Shown here one piece after another: positions 63,994-64,000 of a stretch of 64,000 nt of DNA; position 1 is the first letter of the stretch, and each line of letters starts with the position of its first letter. The notes under the pieces are model-generated. The model was not told the DNA's origin. It did not search any database and saw only the letters and a list, made by a program, of their open reading frames with translations. The translations under genes and the position numbers were made by a program. This DNA is from Escherichia coli (GTDB lineage: Bacteria > Pseudomonadota > Gammaproteobacteria > Enterobacterales > Enterobacteriaceae): assembly GCF_024700885.2 (NCBI RefSeq), contig NZ_CP117016.1; one strand, given 5' to 3'.

Positions 63994-64000
63994 CACTTGT

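Overview
Enterobacterial (E. coli-type) chromosome segment carrying a ~39 kb integrated prophage. Host backbone: yfgH-yfgI on the left; guaA-guaB, xseA, yfgJ-der-bamB-yfgM-hisS-ispG-rodZ-rlmN-ndk-pbpC-yfhM and sseA on the right, followed by an IS200 copy. The prophage (about 1538-40571) sits between yfgI and guaA, bounded by an imperfect direct repeat that overlaps the guaA stop codon, with a P4-type tyrosine integrase at the guaA-proximal end. It is mosaic: a lambdoid-style early region (two-HTH repressor lacking a peptidase domain, Cro-like gene, O with iterons, P, RecE/RecT-like pair, AlpA-like, MT-A70 methyltransferase) joined to a T7-like virion module (portal, scaffold, capsid, tail tubular A/B, internal virion proteins, tailspike with C-terminal chaperone domain) and a lysis cassette (two holin-like proteins, GH19-type endolysin, Rz/Rz1). 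Most notable observations: (1) a hexapeptide-repeat acetyltransferase gene beside the tailspike ending in a perfect ~42-unit octanucleotide tract that encodes the same octapeptide in all three frames; (2) a near-consensus LexA box in front of a small ORF in the late region, in a prophage whose repressor looks non-cleavable; (3) a TTACC-N5-GGTAA operator family at ten or more positions; (4) a phage-borne tRNA-Arg(UCU). All calls come from reading the sequence and the ORF translations; no database search or structure prediction was run, so family assignments are recognition-based.
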